In this document: in pieces, positions 23,819-35,407 of the stretch
How the letters are laid out: every line of letters starts with the position of its first letter
Numbering within the stretch: position 1 is the first letter of the stretch
Source: an uncultured delta proteobacterium
GTDB lineage: Bacteria > Myxococcota_A > Polyangia > Fen-1088
Direction: 5' to 3'
Assembly (NCBI GenBank): GCA_963767925.1
Contig: CAVYGB010000002.1
Location: 1,760,001-1,824,000 of the forward strand
DNA length: 64,000 nucleotides
Program-made: the position numbers and the translations under genes
The notes under the pieces: generated by a model
Databases searched by the model: none
Told to the model about the DNA's origin: nothing
What the model saw: the letters and a program-made list of their open reading frames with translations, nothing else

Positions 23819-25078
23819 ATGGGGGCGACCGCGATGGTGATTCGCCTCGAGAACCTGGCCCTCCCCGACACCTATCCGGCGGCCTCGGCGATCACGATCC
23901 GGGACGGGCACATCGTGGCGGCGGGGGAGGTGGGCGCGGGGGCGGTCGACCTGCGCCTCGATTTCGGGGAGGTGCTCGGGAGCGTGGCGGGTGGGGGGGG
24001 CGCGTTCGCCTTTCCTGGCCTCGTCAATGCGCATGACCACCTGGAGTTCGATCTGTTTCCCCCGCTGGGCGGCGCGGGGCTGTACGCAGACTATCTGGAC
24101 TGGGGGCACGACATCCAGCGCCGGCACCGCGACGTGATCCGGGAGGTGCTGCGCATCCCGCGCGACCTGCGCTACCGCTGGGGGATCTACAAGAACCTGC
24201 TGGCGGGGGTGACGACCGTCGTCCACCACGGCAGCCCGCTGCCCGGCGAGGTGGCGGGCCCGCCGGCGGCCGACCCGTTGATCCGGGTTGTCGACGCGTA
24301 CCTGTACCTGCACTCGCTGGGGTTCGACCGGCGCTGGTGGCTGCGGCTGGTCCGCCGGGGTCGGCGGGGGCCGGTGCTGGTCCACATCGCCGAGGGCAGC
24401 GGCCCCCAGATGGCGGCGGAGCCGGATCGCCTGCACCGGTTCAACCTGTGGGGGGCCGACCTCATCGGCATCCACGCCATCGCCATGAACGAGCAGCAGG
24501 CCCGCCGCTGGAAGGCCGTCATCTGGTGCCCGGTCTCGAACCTGTTCCTGTACGGGCGGACCGCGCCCGTGCACGCGCTGAAGGCCAGCACCACCGTCCT
24601 GTTCGGGACCGACTCGACGGTGAGCGCGGGCTGGGACATCTGGGAGCATTTGCGGGTGGCCCGCCAGATGGGGGGCCTGCGCGACGGCGAGCTGTACGCC
24701 TGCCTGAACGCGGAGCCGGCCCGGGTGTTCGGCCTGCCCGGGCGGATCGATCTGGCGCCGGGCGCGCCGGCCGACCTGGTGGTGGCCCAGCGGCGTGGCG
24801 GCGGCGGCGCTACCGGCGTCGACACTTTTTTCGACGCCTTCTTCGCGGTCGAGCCCCGCGACCTGCTGCTGGTGGTGCGGGGCGGGCGGATCCTCCTGTG
24901 GGACGCGCGCCTGCGCCTCGCCGGCGGGGGCGGGCGCGAGCCTTACGATCCGGTGCAGGTGGGCGAGCGGACCAAGCTGGTCGCCGGCGGCATCGTCGAT
25001 CTGGTGCGCGCCATCCGCGCCCACGGCGGCGGCGCCACCCTGCCGATCGCGGTCGATGGCGCCGGCCCGGGACACTAG
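23819..25078 (+). CDS. Amidohydrolase-family metalloenzyme
   Basis: FPGLVNAHDHL, VHIAEG, IHAIA, WCPVSN, FGTDS, GAPADLVV. Confidence 0.88.
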   Translation: MGATAMVIRLENLALPDTYPAASAITIRDGHIVAAGEVGAGAVDLRLDFGEVLGSVAGGGGAFAFPGLVNAHDHLEFDLFPPLGGAGLYADYLDWGHDIQRRHRDVIREVLRIPRDLRYRWGIYKNLLAGVTTVVHHGSPLPGEVAGPPAADPLIRVVDAYLYLHSLGFDRRWWLRLVRRGRRGPVLVHIAEGSGPQMAAEPDRLHRFNLWGADLIGIHAIAMNEQQARRWKAVIWCPVSNLFLYGRTAPVHALKASTTVLFGTDSTVSAGWDIWEHLRVARQMGGLRDGELYACLNAEPARVFGLPGRIDLAPGAPADLVVAQRRGGGGATGVDTFFDAFFAVEPRDLLLVVRGGRILLWDARLRLAGGGGREPYDPVQVGERTKLVAGGIVDLVRAIRAHGGGATLPIAVDGAGPGH

Positions 25079-25238
25079 TGCACCGCTCTCGAAATAGCGT
25101 CAAGGATCCGCCGACAAGCCTGCGGCCCCGCGAGGCGCGACGACGACGAATATCCGGCATATTCCGAGGAGGAGCAACGAAGCGGGGGCGCAGGATCGTC
25201 GGCGCAGCCTTGACGATATTTCGCGAGCGGTGCACTAG
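25075..25238. repeat. 164-bp palindromic element / MITE bounded by CTAG
   Basis: 41-bp terminal inverted repeats with 4 mismatches (CTAGTGCACCGCTC...); inner GAATATCCGGCATATTC hairpin; left CTAG contains the amidohydrolase stop. Confidence 0.85.
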
Positions 25239-25268
25239 ACTCCGCCGGCTATCATCAGGGAAGCAACG

Positions 25269-27722
25269 ATGCGACTCGGTCACCTCGACGTGGGGCTGTT
25301 TCTGGTCAGCGCCTCGGCGCTGCTGATCGAGCTCTTGCTCACGCGCATCTTCTCGGTGACGATGTTTTTTCACCTGTCGTTCCTGGTTGTGTCGCTGGCC
25401 ATGCTGGGGGTCGCGGCGAGCGGGGTGGTGCTGGGGCGCTGGCCGGGGCGGTTCGCGGCGGCGGCGTTGCCGCGGCAGACCGGGTGGGCCGCCCTGGGCC
25501 TGGCCCTCGGCAGCGTGGCCGCGGTGGCCCTGGCCTTCGCGCTGCCGGTCCCGCTGCAGCCGACGGCGGGCGGCTGGGTCCGGTTGGGGCTGATCCTCCT
25601 CGCCGCCGCGGTCCCCTTCTTCTGCGCGGGCCTCGTGGTGTCGCTGATCCTGGCCCACCACACCGCCCGGGCCCACCGCGCCTGGTTCTTCGACCTGGCC
25701 GGCGCGTCGGCCGGTTGCCTCGTGATGATCCCGGCGACCGGCTGGCTGGGCGCGCCCAGCGCCGTGCTGGCCGGCGCGGCGCTGGCCGCGCTCGGGGCGG
25801 CGGCCCTGGCCGGGCGGGCGGAGCGGCGCTTGCGGGCGGCGGGGTTGCTGGTGGCGGCGGCCCTGGCCCTGGCCGCCGGGGTGAACCCGCGCCTCGGGTT
25901 CTTCGACGCCCGCTACGTGAAGGGGAGCCTGCAGCCGGCCACCCTGGCCACCCGCTGGAACGCGTTCTCCCGGGTCGACGTCCCGGGCAGCGAGGCCGAC
26001 CTGTGGCGCCTGCGCCAGCCCCGCTCCGAGGGGCTCAGCTCGCGCCTCGATCCGTCCTTCAGCGTGCCCCAGGTGGACCTGCGCTTCGACGGCGACTCGA
26101 CCTCGCGGATGCTCCACGACGGGGGCGACCTGCGGCGGGTCGGGCACCTGGCCCTCGACGTGTCGGCCAGCGCCTACGCTGTCCGCCGCCCCGAGCGGGT
26201 GCTTGTGATCGGCCCGGGCGGCGGGGTCGACGTGTTGCAGGCCCTGGTCATGGGCAGCGGCCACGTCACGGGGGTGGAGGTCAACCCGGTGGTGGTCGAC
26301 CTGCTGCGCACGCGGTTTGCCACCTTTTCGGGTGGCCTGTACAGCGGGCGGCCCGGCGTGGCGATCGCCGTCGACGACGGGCGCGCCTATCTGCGCCGGC
26401 ACGAGACGCGCTACGATCTGATCAGCGCCGTCCTCGCCGACACCTGGGCCGCCACCCCGGCGGGGGCCCACGCCCTGGCCGAGAACAGCCTCTACACCGT
26501 GGAGGCCTTCGGGGACTACCTGAGCCGCCTCACCCCCGGGGGGATGGTGGCCTTCACCCGCTGGTTCGACGAGCCGCCGGCCGAGCTGCTGCGCCTCACC
26601 CGCCTGGCGGCGGAGGCCCTGCGGCGCGAGGGGGTGACCGATCCGGCCCGGCACGTGATGGTGGTGCGCACCGATCCCGAGGAGACGGGCGCCCGCTCGC
26701 TGGCCTCGCTGCTGGTCAAGCGCGCCCCCTTCACCGACGGCGAGGTGCAGGCGCTGCGGCGGTTCGCCGGCGACCTGGGCTTCCTGCTGCCCCACCGGCC
26801 GGGCCCGCCCGGGCGATCGGCCGACGCCCGCGTCGCCGGGCTGCTGGGGCCGCGCGCGCAGGAGGTGGCGGCGCAGCTCCCCTACGACGTCTCTCCGGTG
26901 ACCGACGACCGGCCGTTCTTCTTCAGCCGGGTGCCTCTGCTGGCCTGGATCGGGGCGCGGCTGGGGCTGGCCTCGGAGCGCTGGGCGGGCGCGCCGCTCG
27001 GCCTGGGTGGGACCGCGCTGCTGCTGGTGCTGGGGGGGAGCCTGCTGGCCACGGCCGCGCTGCTGCTGGCGCCCGTGCTGGCGCGGCCGGCGGTCCCGCG
27101 CCTGCCGGGTGGGCGCCGGCGGTCGTTCCTGTGGGCGGTGTATTTCGCCGGGCTGGGGGTGGGGTTCATGGCGATCGAGGTGGCGCTGATCCAGCGCTTC
27201 ACGCTGTTTCTCGGCTACCCCATCCACGCCCTGGCGGTCGTCCTGTTCACCGTCTTGCTCGCCGCCGGGGTGGGGAGCGCGATCTCGGGGCGGGCGGCGG
27301 TGGGGCAGGGGCCGGTGCGCGTGCTGATCGCCGTCGCCGCGGGCGCGGGGGTGCTGGCGGTGTTGCTGCCCGCCACCCTGGCGCTGGCCGGGGGCCTCTC
27401 CCTGATCGGGCGCATCGGCCTCGTCGTCGCCAGCGTGGCGCCGGTCGCCCTGCTGATGGGGATGCCCTTTCCCGCCGGCCTCCGGCGCGCGAGGGCCGAG
27501 TCGCCGGCGCGGGTCCCGCGGGCATGGGCCATCAACGGCAGCGCCTCGGTGCTCGGCTCGGCGCTGGCCGTCGCCCTGTCGATGGCCAGCGGGTTCCGGG
27601 TGGCCTTCGTCGCGGGGGCCTGCGCCTACCTGGTGGCCCTCGCCGCCGCCGCGGCCCTGTTCCGCGGCGATCCGGCGCCCCTCGCCGAGGCCCGGGACGG
27701 CTCGGCCGGAGGGGCGGCGTGA
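25269..27722 (+). CDS. Polytopic membrane protein with spermidine-synthase-like SAM-binding domain
   Basis: TM-rich ends; VLVIGPGGGVD, GVEVNP, DDGRAYL, ENSLYTVEAF, TDDRPFF. Confidence 0.85.
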   Translation: MRLGHLDVGLFLVSASALLIELLLTRIFSVTMFFHLSFLVVSLAMLGVAASGVVLGRWPGRFAAAALPRQTGWAALGLALGSVAAVALAFALPVPLQPTAGGWVRLGLILLAAAVPFFCAGLVVSLILAHHTARAHRAWFFDLAGASAGCLVMIPATGWLGAPSAVLAGAALAALGAAALAGRAERRLRAAGLLVAAALALAAGVNPRLGFFDARYVKGSLQPATLATRWNAFSRVDVPGSEADLWRLRQPRSEGLSSRLDPSFSVPQVDLRFDGDSTSRMLHDGGDLRRVGHLALDVSASAYAVRRPERVLVIGPGGGVDVLQALVMGSGHVTGVEVNPVVVDLLRTRFATFSGGLYSGRPGVAIAVDDGRAYLRRHETRYDLISAVLADTWAATPAGAHALAENSLYTVEAFGDYLSRLTPGGMVAFTRWFDEPPAELLRLTRLAAEALRREGVTDPARHVMVVRTDPEETGARSLASLLVKRAPFTDGEVQALRRFAGDLGFLLPHRPGPPGRSADARVAGLLGPRAQEVAAQLPYDVSPVTDDRPFFFSRVPLLAWIGARLGLASERWAGAPLGLGGTALLLVLGGSLLATAALLLAPVLARPAVPRLPGGRRRSFLWAVYFAGLGVGFMAIEVALIQRFTLFLGYPIHALAVVLFTVLLAAGVGSAISGRAAVGQGPVRVLIAVAAGAGVLAVLLPATLALAGGLSLIGRIGLVVASVAPVALLMGMPFPAGLRRARAESPARVPRAWAINGSASVLGSALAVALSMASGFRVAFVAGACAYLVALAAAAALFRGDPAPLAEARDGSAGGAA

Positions 27723-28309
27723 GAGGCCGTCGCGCGTCCGGCCGCCCCGCTCCGCGGATCCTCGCCGCAGCCCGGGCTTTCTCCCTGGCTCTGGTGCTGG
27801 CGCTGGCCCTGGGGGCGGCGAGCGCCGGCTGTCGCAGCGACCGCGACGAGGACCTGAAGCCACCGCCGGGGTTCCACCTGCCGCCCGCCCAGGCCCCCGG
27901 GCGGGTCCCCCTGCGCGCCCACCGCGTCCGTTACCTCGAGGGGTTCTCCCCCGTCGAGCAGAACCCCGCCATGACCTGGCGCTGGATGGGCCGGCGGGGC
28001 GCCATCGAGCTGCCGCGCGCCGCTGGCGCGATGACCTTGCGCCTCGTCGGGTGGGTGCCCCTCGAGCTGCTCGCCGGTCCCCCTCGGGTACGATTGACCC
28101 TCGGCGGGCACCTCATAGATAGCTTCGTGCAAACCGTGACAGACGTGAGGAAGGAATACACAATCGACCAGGGCCTTGCCGTCGGCGCGGCGCGCCTGAC
28201 CCTGATCCTGGAAGTGTCACAGACCGGCCGGGCCCCGGGCGATGCGCGGGACCTCGGACTCGCGATAAACTCCCTCGACTGGCAATCTGCCAGCCCCACC
28301 GCTCCATGA
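27719..28309 (+). CDS. Hypothetical lipoprotein
   Basis: Translationally coupled at both ends; hydrophobic stretch then SAGC; GFSPVE...WRWMG...DARDLG domain typical of glycosylation loci. Confidence 0.65.
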   Translation: MRGRRASGRPAPRILAAARAFSLALVLALALGAASAGCRSDRDEDLKPPPGFHLPPAQAPGRVPLRAHRVRYLEGFSPVEQNPAMTWRWMGRRGAIELPRAAGAMTLRLVGWVPLELLAGPPRVRLTLGGHLIDSFVQTVTDVRKEYTIDQGLAVGAARLTLILEVSQTGRAPGDARDLGLAINSLDWQSASPTAP

Positions 28310-29649
28310 AGATCGCACTCGTCTCCAACGGAGGTTTCGACCGGACCGGACGCGAGGCGGTGATCCCCGCGCTGCTCAACCTGGTCACGCGGCTGGCGCG
28401 CCGGCACGAGGTCCACGTCTTCACCCTCGCCCAGTACCCGGAGCCTTGCAGCTACCCGCTGGCCGGCGCCACCATCCACAACCTCGCCGCCCTGCCGTCT
28501 CCCCGGACCAACAGCAGCCACAGCGGCCAGCACCGCGCCGTCGCCGGCCATGGCGGCAACGGGGCCAGTGGCGGCGGCGCGGGGGCGATCACCGGGCAAC
28601 ATCCCATCGGCGGCGGATCCAACGGATCCAGCGGCGCCGCCGCCGAGCCCGCCGGCACCGGCGCGCTGGCCCCCGCCCGGACGACCGCGCGCAAGAGCAG
28701 CAACCACGCTCCGCCGCCGTCGCGGCTGCCCGGCCTCGGGATGTTGCGGGCCGTCCCGCGCCTGCTGCGCGCGATGCGGGCCGCCGGCCCGTTCGACCTG
28801 CTGCACGCTTACATGGCCGTGCCCGCGGCCACCGTGGCCATGATCGCCGCCCGCCGCCTGCGCCTCCCCTTCGTCGTGACCTTCGACGGCAACGAGCTGG
28901 TGGCCCTGCCCGAGATCGGCTACGGCCTCGGCCTCACCTACCGCGGCCGCCTGGCCCGCCGCTTCGTCGCCCGCGCCGCCGACCGCATCACCGTCAGCAC
29001 CCTGTACATGTCCGAGCTCGCGCGCGAGCACGGCCTGACCGCCGACGTGATCCCCCTGGGCGTCGACCTGGCCATGGTCCCCCCGCAGGCCCCCGCCACC
29101 GAGGGCCCGCCCTGGCGCCTCCTGCACGTCGCCAACATCAACCCGGTCAAGGACCAGACCACGCTGCTGCAGGCCCTGGCCCTGGTGCGCGCCCAGGAGC
29201 CGGCCGTGCACCTGCACATCGTCGGCACCGACACCCTGGCCGGCGCCATCCACGCCCAGTGCGACCTGCTGGGCCTGGGCGGCCACGTCACCTTCACGGG
29301 CGCCCTCCCCGCCGACGAGGTCTGGCCCTATTACGCCCGCTCCCACCTGCTGCTGCTCCCCTCGCGCCACGAAGCCGCCGGCGTCGCCGTCCTGGAGGCG
29401 GCCGCCTGCAGCCTCCCCACCGTCGGCACCGACGTCGGCTACGTCTCGGAGTGGTCCCTGCGCGGCGCCGCCCGCGCCATCCGCGTCGGCGACGCCCCCG
29501 CCCTCGCGCGCGCCATCCTCGATCTTCTGCGCGACCGCCCCACCCGCCGCCGCATGGCCGAAGAGGCCCGCGCCCTCTCCTGCGCCCACAACGCCGACTG
29601 GACCGCAGCCCGCTTCGAAGAGCTTTACCACGCCGTGATCAAGCGCTGA
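28306..29649 (+). CDS. GT4 glycosyltransferase with low-complexity insert
   Basis: VANINPVKDQ, PSRHEAAGVAVLEAAAC, GTDVG. Confidence 0.88.
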   Translation: MKIALVSNGGFDRTGREAVIPALLNLVTRLARRHEVHVFTLAQYPEPCSYPLAGATIHNLAALPSPRTNSSHSGQHRAVAGHGGNGASGGGAGAITGQHPIGGGSNGSSGAAAEPAGTGALAPARTTARKSSNHAPPPSRLPGLGMLRAVPRLLRAMRAAGPFDLLHAYMAVPAATVAMIAARRLRLPFVVTFDGNELVALPEIGYGLGLTYRGRLARRFVARAADRITVSTLYMSELAREHGLTADVIPLGVDLAMVPPQAPATEGPPWRLLHVANINPVKDQTTLLQALALVRAQEPAVHLHIVGTDTLAGAIHAQCDLLGLGGHVTFTGALPADEVWPYYARSHLLLLPSRHEAAGVAVLEAAACSLPTVGTDVGYVSEWSLRGAARAIRVGDAPALARAILDLLRDRPTRRRMAEEARALSCAHNADWTAARFEELYHAVIKR

Positions 29650-29674
29650 CCCGCCCGCGGCTCACCGCTGCCTG

Positions 29675-29735
29675 TTTGCCCTCCCCCGCGGCCGTCTGCG
29701 GACCTGGAGAGGGCAAAGGGTGAGGGGCGGTTGCC
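29675..29735. repeat. REP-like hairpin related to the 55451-55502 segment
   Basis: TTTGCCCTC...GAGGGCAAA stem followed by GGGTGAGGGGCGGTTGCC, matching the reverse complement of 55450-55467. Confidence 0.65.
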
Positions 29736-29803
29736 GGGTCCCCTGCGGGAGACGCGGGAGAACCCGGCCACGTTTTCTGCAATAGTCTCCAGCAGGAAAC
29801 CCG

Positions 29804-30826
29804 ATGGCACGCAGCGCGACCCAGGGCAGGCCGGTCCGGCTCAAGCTGGTGGCCGTCGGCCGCGAGAAGGTGTTGCTGGTGCGCTTCGTGGGGTTCCGCA
29901 ACGTCGCCCGCACCTTCGGCGACCGCCTGCGCAAGAATGGCCCCGCCAATCGCTGGTCGTTCGACGGCGAGATCTGGCGCATCCAGGGCCCCGCCGCCAT
30001 CGCCAGCGCCGTGCAGCTCCTGCGCGAGACCTGCGCCCCCCTCTACGACCCGAACCTGCAGCGCGACCTGCTCGCCCTGCCCAACCCCTGGGGCCTGCCC
30101 CAGGCCGAGCCGCGCAACTGGGCCGACAAGCCCATCGTCTACATGGCCCGCGTCTGGCACGAGCGCATGGCCGAGTCCCTGGCCTTCCAGCTCCCCCGCT
30201 ACGACGACGACTTCGTGATCGAGCTGCGCCGCCGCTTCGCCGCCCTGCAGGCCTGGCGCGAGTACCGCAAGGACCTGCAGATCTGGATCATCGCCGATCA
30301 CTACGAGCCCCTGGCCCACGACCTGCTGGACACCTTCTACCGCTGCCGCTGGGACCCGCTGCTGGGCGGCGACGAGTGGAACGTGTTGCCTCCGCTGCCG
30401 AACACCCAGTACCCCATCCGCACCCTCGACGACAGCGACTTTCGCACCCTGGGCGTGCCCCCCGGCTGCGCCATCTGGGAGATCCACGCCGCCTACCGCG
30501 ACCGCAAAGACGACTACAAGAACAACCGCATCGACGCCGACGAGTGGTACGAGGTCGACACCGCCTTCCAGCGCATCGACCACAACTACCGCCCCGACGC
30601 CCCCGAAGACGACCTCCCCGACCAGGTCGCCGCCCCCCGCGCCATCGTCCTGCTCCTCCGCGAGATCTTCCCCACCGAGCCCGATCGCGTCGCCTGGTAC
30701 CACCGCCACCAGGACGCCCTCCACGCCGTCCCCCGCGACCTCACCCTCACCCCCGACGGCGAAGCCCAGGTCCTCCGCTGCCTGGAATTCATGCGCCTCC
30801 TCCGCCCCCGCCCCCCCGGCGTGTGA
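29804..30826 (+). CDS. Hypothetical protein: degenerate J-domain-like region plus Xre/MbcA/ParS antitoxin-like C-terminus
   Basis: Strong GC3 bias; DFRTLGVPPGCAIWEIHAAYR; IFPTEPDRVAW...ALHAVPRDLTLTPDGEAQVLRCL. Confidence 0.7.
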   Translation: MARSATQGRPVRLKLVAVGREKVLLVRFVGFRNVARTFGDRLRKNGPANRWSFDGEIWRIQGPAAIASAVQLLRETCAPLYDPNLQRDLLALPNPWGLPQAEPRNWADKPIVYMARVWHERMAESLAFQLPRYDDDFVIELRRRFAALQAWREYRKDLQIWIIADHYEPLAHDLLDTFYRCRWDPLLGGDEWNVLPPLPNTQYPIRTLDDSDFRTLGVPPGCAIWEIHAAYRDRKDDYKNNRIDADEWYEVDTAFQRIDHNYRPDAPEDDLPDQVAAPRAIVLLLREIFPTEPDRVAWYHRHQDALHAVPRDLTLTPDGEAQVLRCLEFMRLLRPRPPGV

Positions 30827-31255
30827 CGAGGGACTGGCGGCCACCAGGGGTCGACGATGGCTGTGTCCGCTTGCGGGACGGATATCCCGGAAGCGAACGT
30901 CCCGGGCCTTCTCTCGCCTGGGCTTCGTACGGTCCCGGCACCATCCGGGCGGCAGCCAAGCCCGCAAGAAATGCCCCCATCTCGGCAGCCCCAATCCGCA
31001 GCCGCACCAGCCGCTGCCCCGCAAGCTTGGCCGAGAGGTGCCCCGTCCCGGTAAAGCTTACGCATCGAGCACCCTGATCCGGAAGATTGCCTTGCCCAAG
31101 ACGCGGGTAGTGGAGGCTTGGCTGGTCGACGGCCGTTCGCAAGTTTCCCGTTTCGGAGGTGCGCTCGTGCCGGTGACCGTGCGAGCGCAGTCCGCGGCCC
31201 CGGCGCTGATCGAACTCCGTGTCGCTGGCCTGCGGCTGCCGGTGCGCCCTTGGGA

Positions 31256-31989
31256 CAGGCGGATTTCGCCATGTCCAAGATCCCCTCGAACGAAAAGTTC
31301 GGCGGGAACCTCCTGAGGAAGGCCATCGACTGCTTCTGCCACCTGTCGGTTGCGCCAGAGTTCTATGGAAGGATCGAGAAGGCGGATCCGACCTTTGCCG
31401 CGTCTTAATTCTTTCCGAAGATGGCTTGGCTGAGGGACGTCAGGGACGACATCTACGATCCGTCGTACACGGACATGCTTCGGGTGGCCTTCAGCTCCGA
31501 GTTCAGGGGTGGAAAGCTGCAGGACTTGGTCGTGCTCCTCTCGGGACGAAACTTCGAGACCAAGGAGTTCGAGGAGGCCATCGCCGAGCAATCGTTCGCA
31601 CGGCTGAAGCAGGGAATCCTTGCGTTCATGAACAAGGCCCATTTCGAGCGCCTGGTCATGATCCTGCGATCGGCGGGGTTCGTGGCGAGTTCCCTGATCA
31701 GTGGGTACACGCCCAGATCGCGAATTACGCGCTCACCCAGAGCGAGATCAACATCGCGATCGGAGCCAAGCCGCCCGACACCTATTTTGGCCAGCTCGCA
31801 GGGCAGTGCCGCGGCGAGAAGGCCAAGTACGGCGGTATCGTCGATATTGACGTGATGAAAGCGAACCTGGCCTCCCATTGCGTCCCCGTTGAAATGCTGG
31901 ACGGGGCGGTCCCTGGCTACGAGGATTTTCTCGATCAGCGCCGGCGTCTCATGGCGGCGAAGCTCAAGAAGTACTTCGAACAGCTTTGA
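31256..31989 (+). pseudogene. DUF262/GmrSD-type restriction endonuclease remnant
   Basis: QADFAMSKI...[10 protein letters not shown]...[16 protein letters not shown]...YEDFLDQRRRLMA; TAA at 31406, frame jump near 31700, lower GC. Confidence 0.7.
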
Positions 31990-32122
31990 ATGACGTTGAG
32001 TGGGCCCACGCCGCACGCCCGGCCTTGCAACAGGGCGCACGCAGATACACCGCCAGGGCCGCCTCCGGCGAGGTCGGCAACCAGGGGGGTGGAGGTTTCG
32101 CCGGATCGGCGCGGGGGCGGGT

Positions 32123-32485
32123 TCAGGAGCGGAGGTAGGAGGCGCCGTTGAGGTCGACGATGGTGCCGCTGGCCCACTCCGCTTCGGGGGAGGCGAGCCA
32201 GACGATGGCGGCGGCGACTTCGGTGGGGCGGGCGACGCGGTCGAAGGGGCTCTGGGCGCGGATCGCGGCGCCGCGAGGGGCCTTGAGGTCGGCGTTGCTC
32301 ATGTCGGTCTCGACGAAGCCGGGCGCCACGGTGGCCACCGCGATGCCCCGCCCGCCCAGGGACACGGCCAGCGACTGCCCGAGGGCGTTCAGGCCGGCCT
32401 TGCTGGCGCCGTAGGCGGGTTGCCCGGGCTCGCCCCGGAAGGCGCCGCGCGAGGAGACGTTGACGATGCGGCCGCCAGGTTTCAT
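32123..32485 (-). pseudogene. SDR oxidoreductase, C-terminal half only
   Basis: [20 protein letters not shown] present; N-terminal TGxxxGIG absent. Confidence 0.75.
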
Positions 32486-32555
32486 GCAGGGGGGCAATGC
32501 CCAGCGCTCAAGTTCTCGCCCAGGAAGTCCGAACCCTTGGGCGCGAGGGCCGAGG

Positions 32556-34046
<1,491 letters not shown>

Positions 34047-34093
34047 CGGGACCGGGCGAGGGCCAGGGCCAGCGAGGACGAGGAGGACAGCGG

Positions 34094-35118
34094 ATGCGAA
34101 CGTGGTCGGTCTGGGTCGCGCTGGGGGCGCTGCTGATCGCCGCTCCGGCGCGCGGCCAGGACACCCCCAGCTTCCCCGCAGAGAACGCCTGGATCGCCTT
34201 CCCTTGCGGGGGCGGCCCCATGGTGGACGCCCGCCGCGACCAGCCCGGCGCCATCCAGGAGCGGGACATCGTGGGCGACGTGCGCTTCCCCGCCGGGTTC
34301 CGGGCGGTCGACGAGGCGTTCCTGTACCTGCGGCTGCGCCTGGACGAGGCCCCCAACCAGGGCGCCGTGAACCTGCGCCCCTTCGCCTGGGGGTTTGCCT
34401 TCAGCACCGACGCGTTTCACACCGGCTACGAGGTGCTCGTCACGGTGGACGGCGACGCCCGGGTGGTCACCCTGCAGCGAAACACCGCCACCATGTTGAT
34501 CGACAGCCCGGCCGACCCCGCCGACGCGCCGCCGGCCGCCAGCTACCCCTTCGCCACCCACGGGCGCACCTCGGTGGCCGACTACACCGGCACGAACTTC
34601 GACGGCTTCGGCGGCGACCGCGACTTCTTCATCGACCTGGCCGTGCCCTGGACCGCTCTGACCGCGGTGGGGCTGGAGCGGGACCGCCCGGTGGTGGTGT
34701 GGGCCGCCTCGTCGACCGAGCCCGACCGCCTGGACGGCGACCTCGCCTGCCACGACGCCATGGGCTCGAGCGGCGTGCCTGCGCTCAGCCGTTCCGGATC
34801 GGACAGCACGAGCCCCTCGAGCACGATGCGACCGCCGACCGGCGGGGCCGGCGGCGGCGGGGCGGCGGCGGTGGCGCCGGCGGCAGCGGCGGCGCGGGGG
34901 GTGGCGGCGGTGGTGTCGGGGGTGCGGGGGGTAACGCCGGCGGGGCCGGCGGCCTGAGCCTCGAGGGAGGCCCCTCCTGCAGCCACGGCGGCTCGCGCCC
35001 GGGGTTGCCGCCCGCCGCGCTCGTCGTCCTCGTGTCGATCGGAGCGGCCTTCATCAGCATGGCGTCGCAGCGCCGGCGTCGCAGCGTCGGCCGCAGCTCC
35101 TGCCGCATGCGTCCCTAG
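34094..35118 (+). CDS. Secreted protein with Gly-rich linker and MYXO-CTERM-like tail; apparent frameshift near 34860
   Basis: AGGAGG RBS, signal peptide; alternate frame gives Gly linker then LEGGPSCS-hydrophobic helix-RRRR. Confidence 0.7.
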
Positions 35119-35407
35119 CAGCCGTCCTCGCATTGGCGTCGACTCCGAAGGCGTGCGCCGACCTCCGGCTGCTGCTCCAGCAACACGGCTGCGTGCGACC
35201 TGCTGCTCAGGCAGAAGCTGGGCGAGCACGCGCACGGTCACGAGTGGATCGAGGACGAACGCAAACAAGAGACTTCTCGCGTTCTCCTCACCGGCGGGTC
35301 CTGCGGGCTCGCCGCCGTCAGGTGGCACGGGTCGTGCCTGGTGGGACGGGATGTCACGCGACCGGGATCAGTGGGAGCGCCGCCCGCGCCTCCCCCCCAC
35401 CCACTAC

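Noticed and set aside
34850..34870. Phase-variable switch of the MYXO-CTERM tail
   Set aside because: A one-base shortfall in a short G run is best explained as an indel error; cannot be tested without reads
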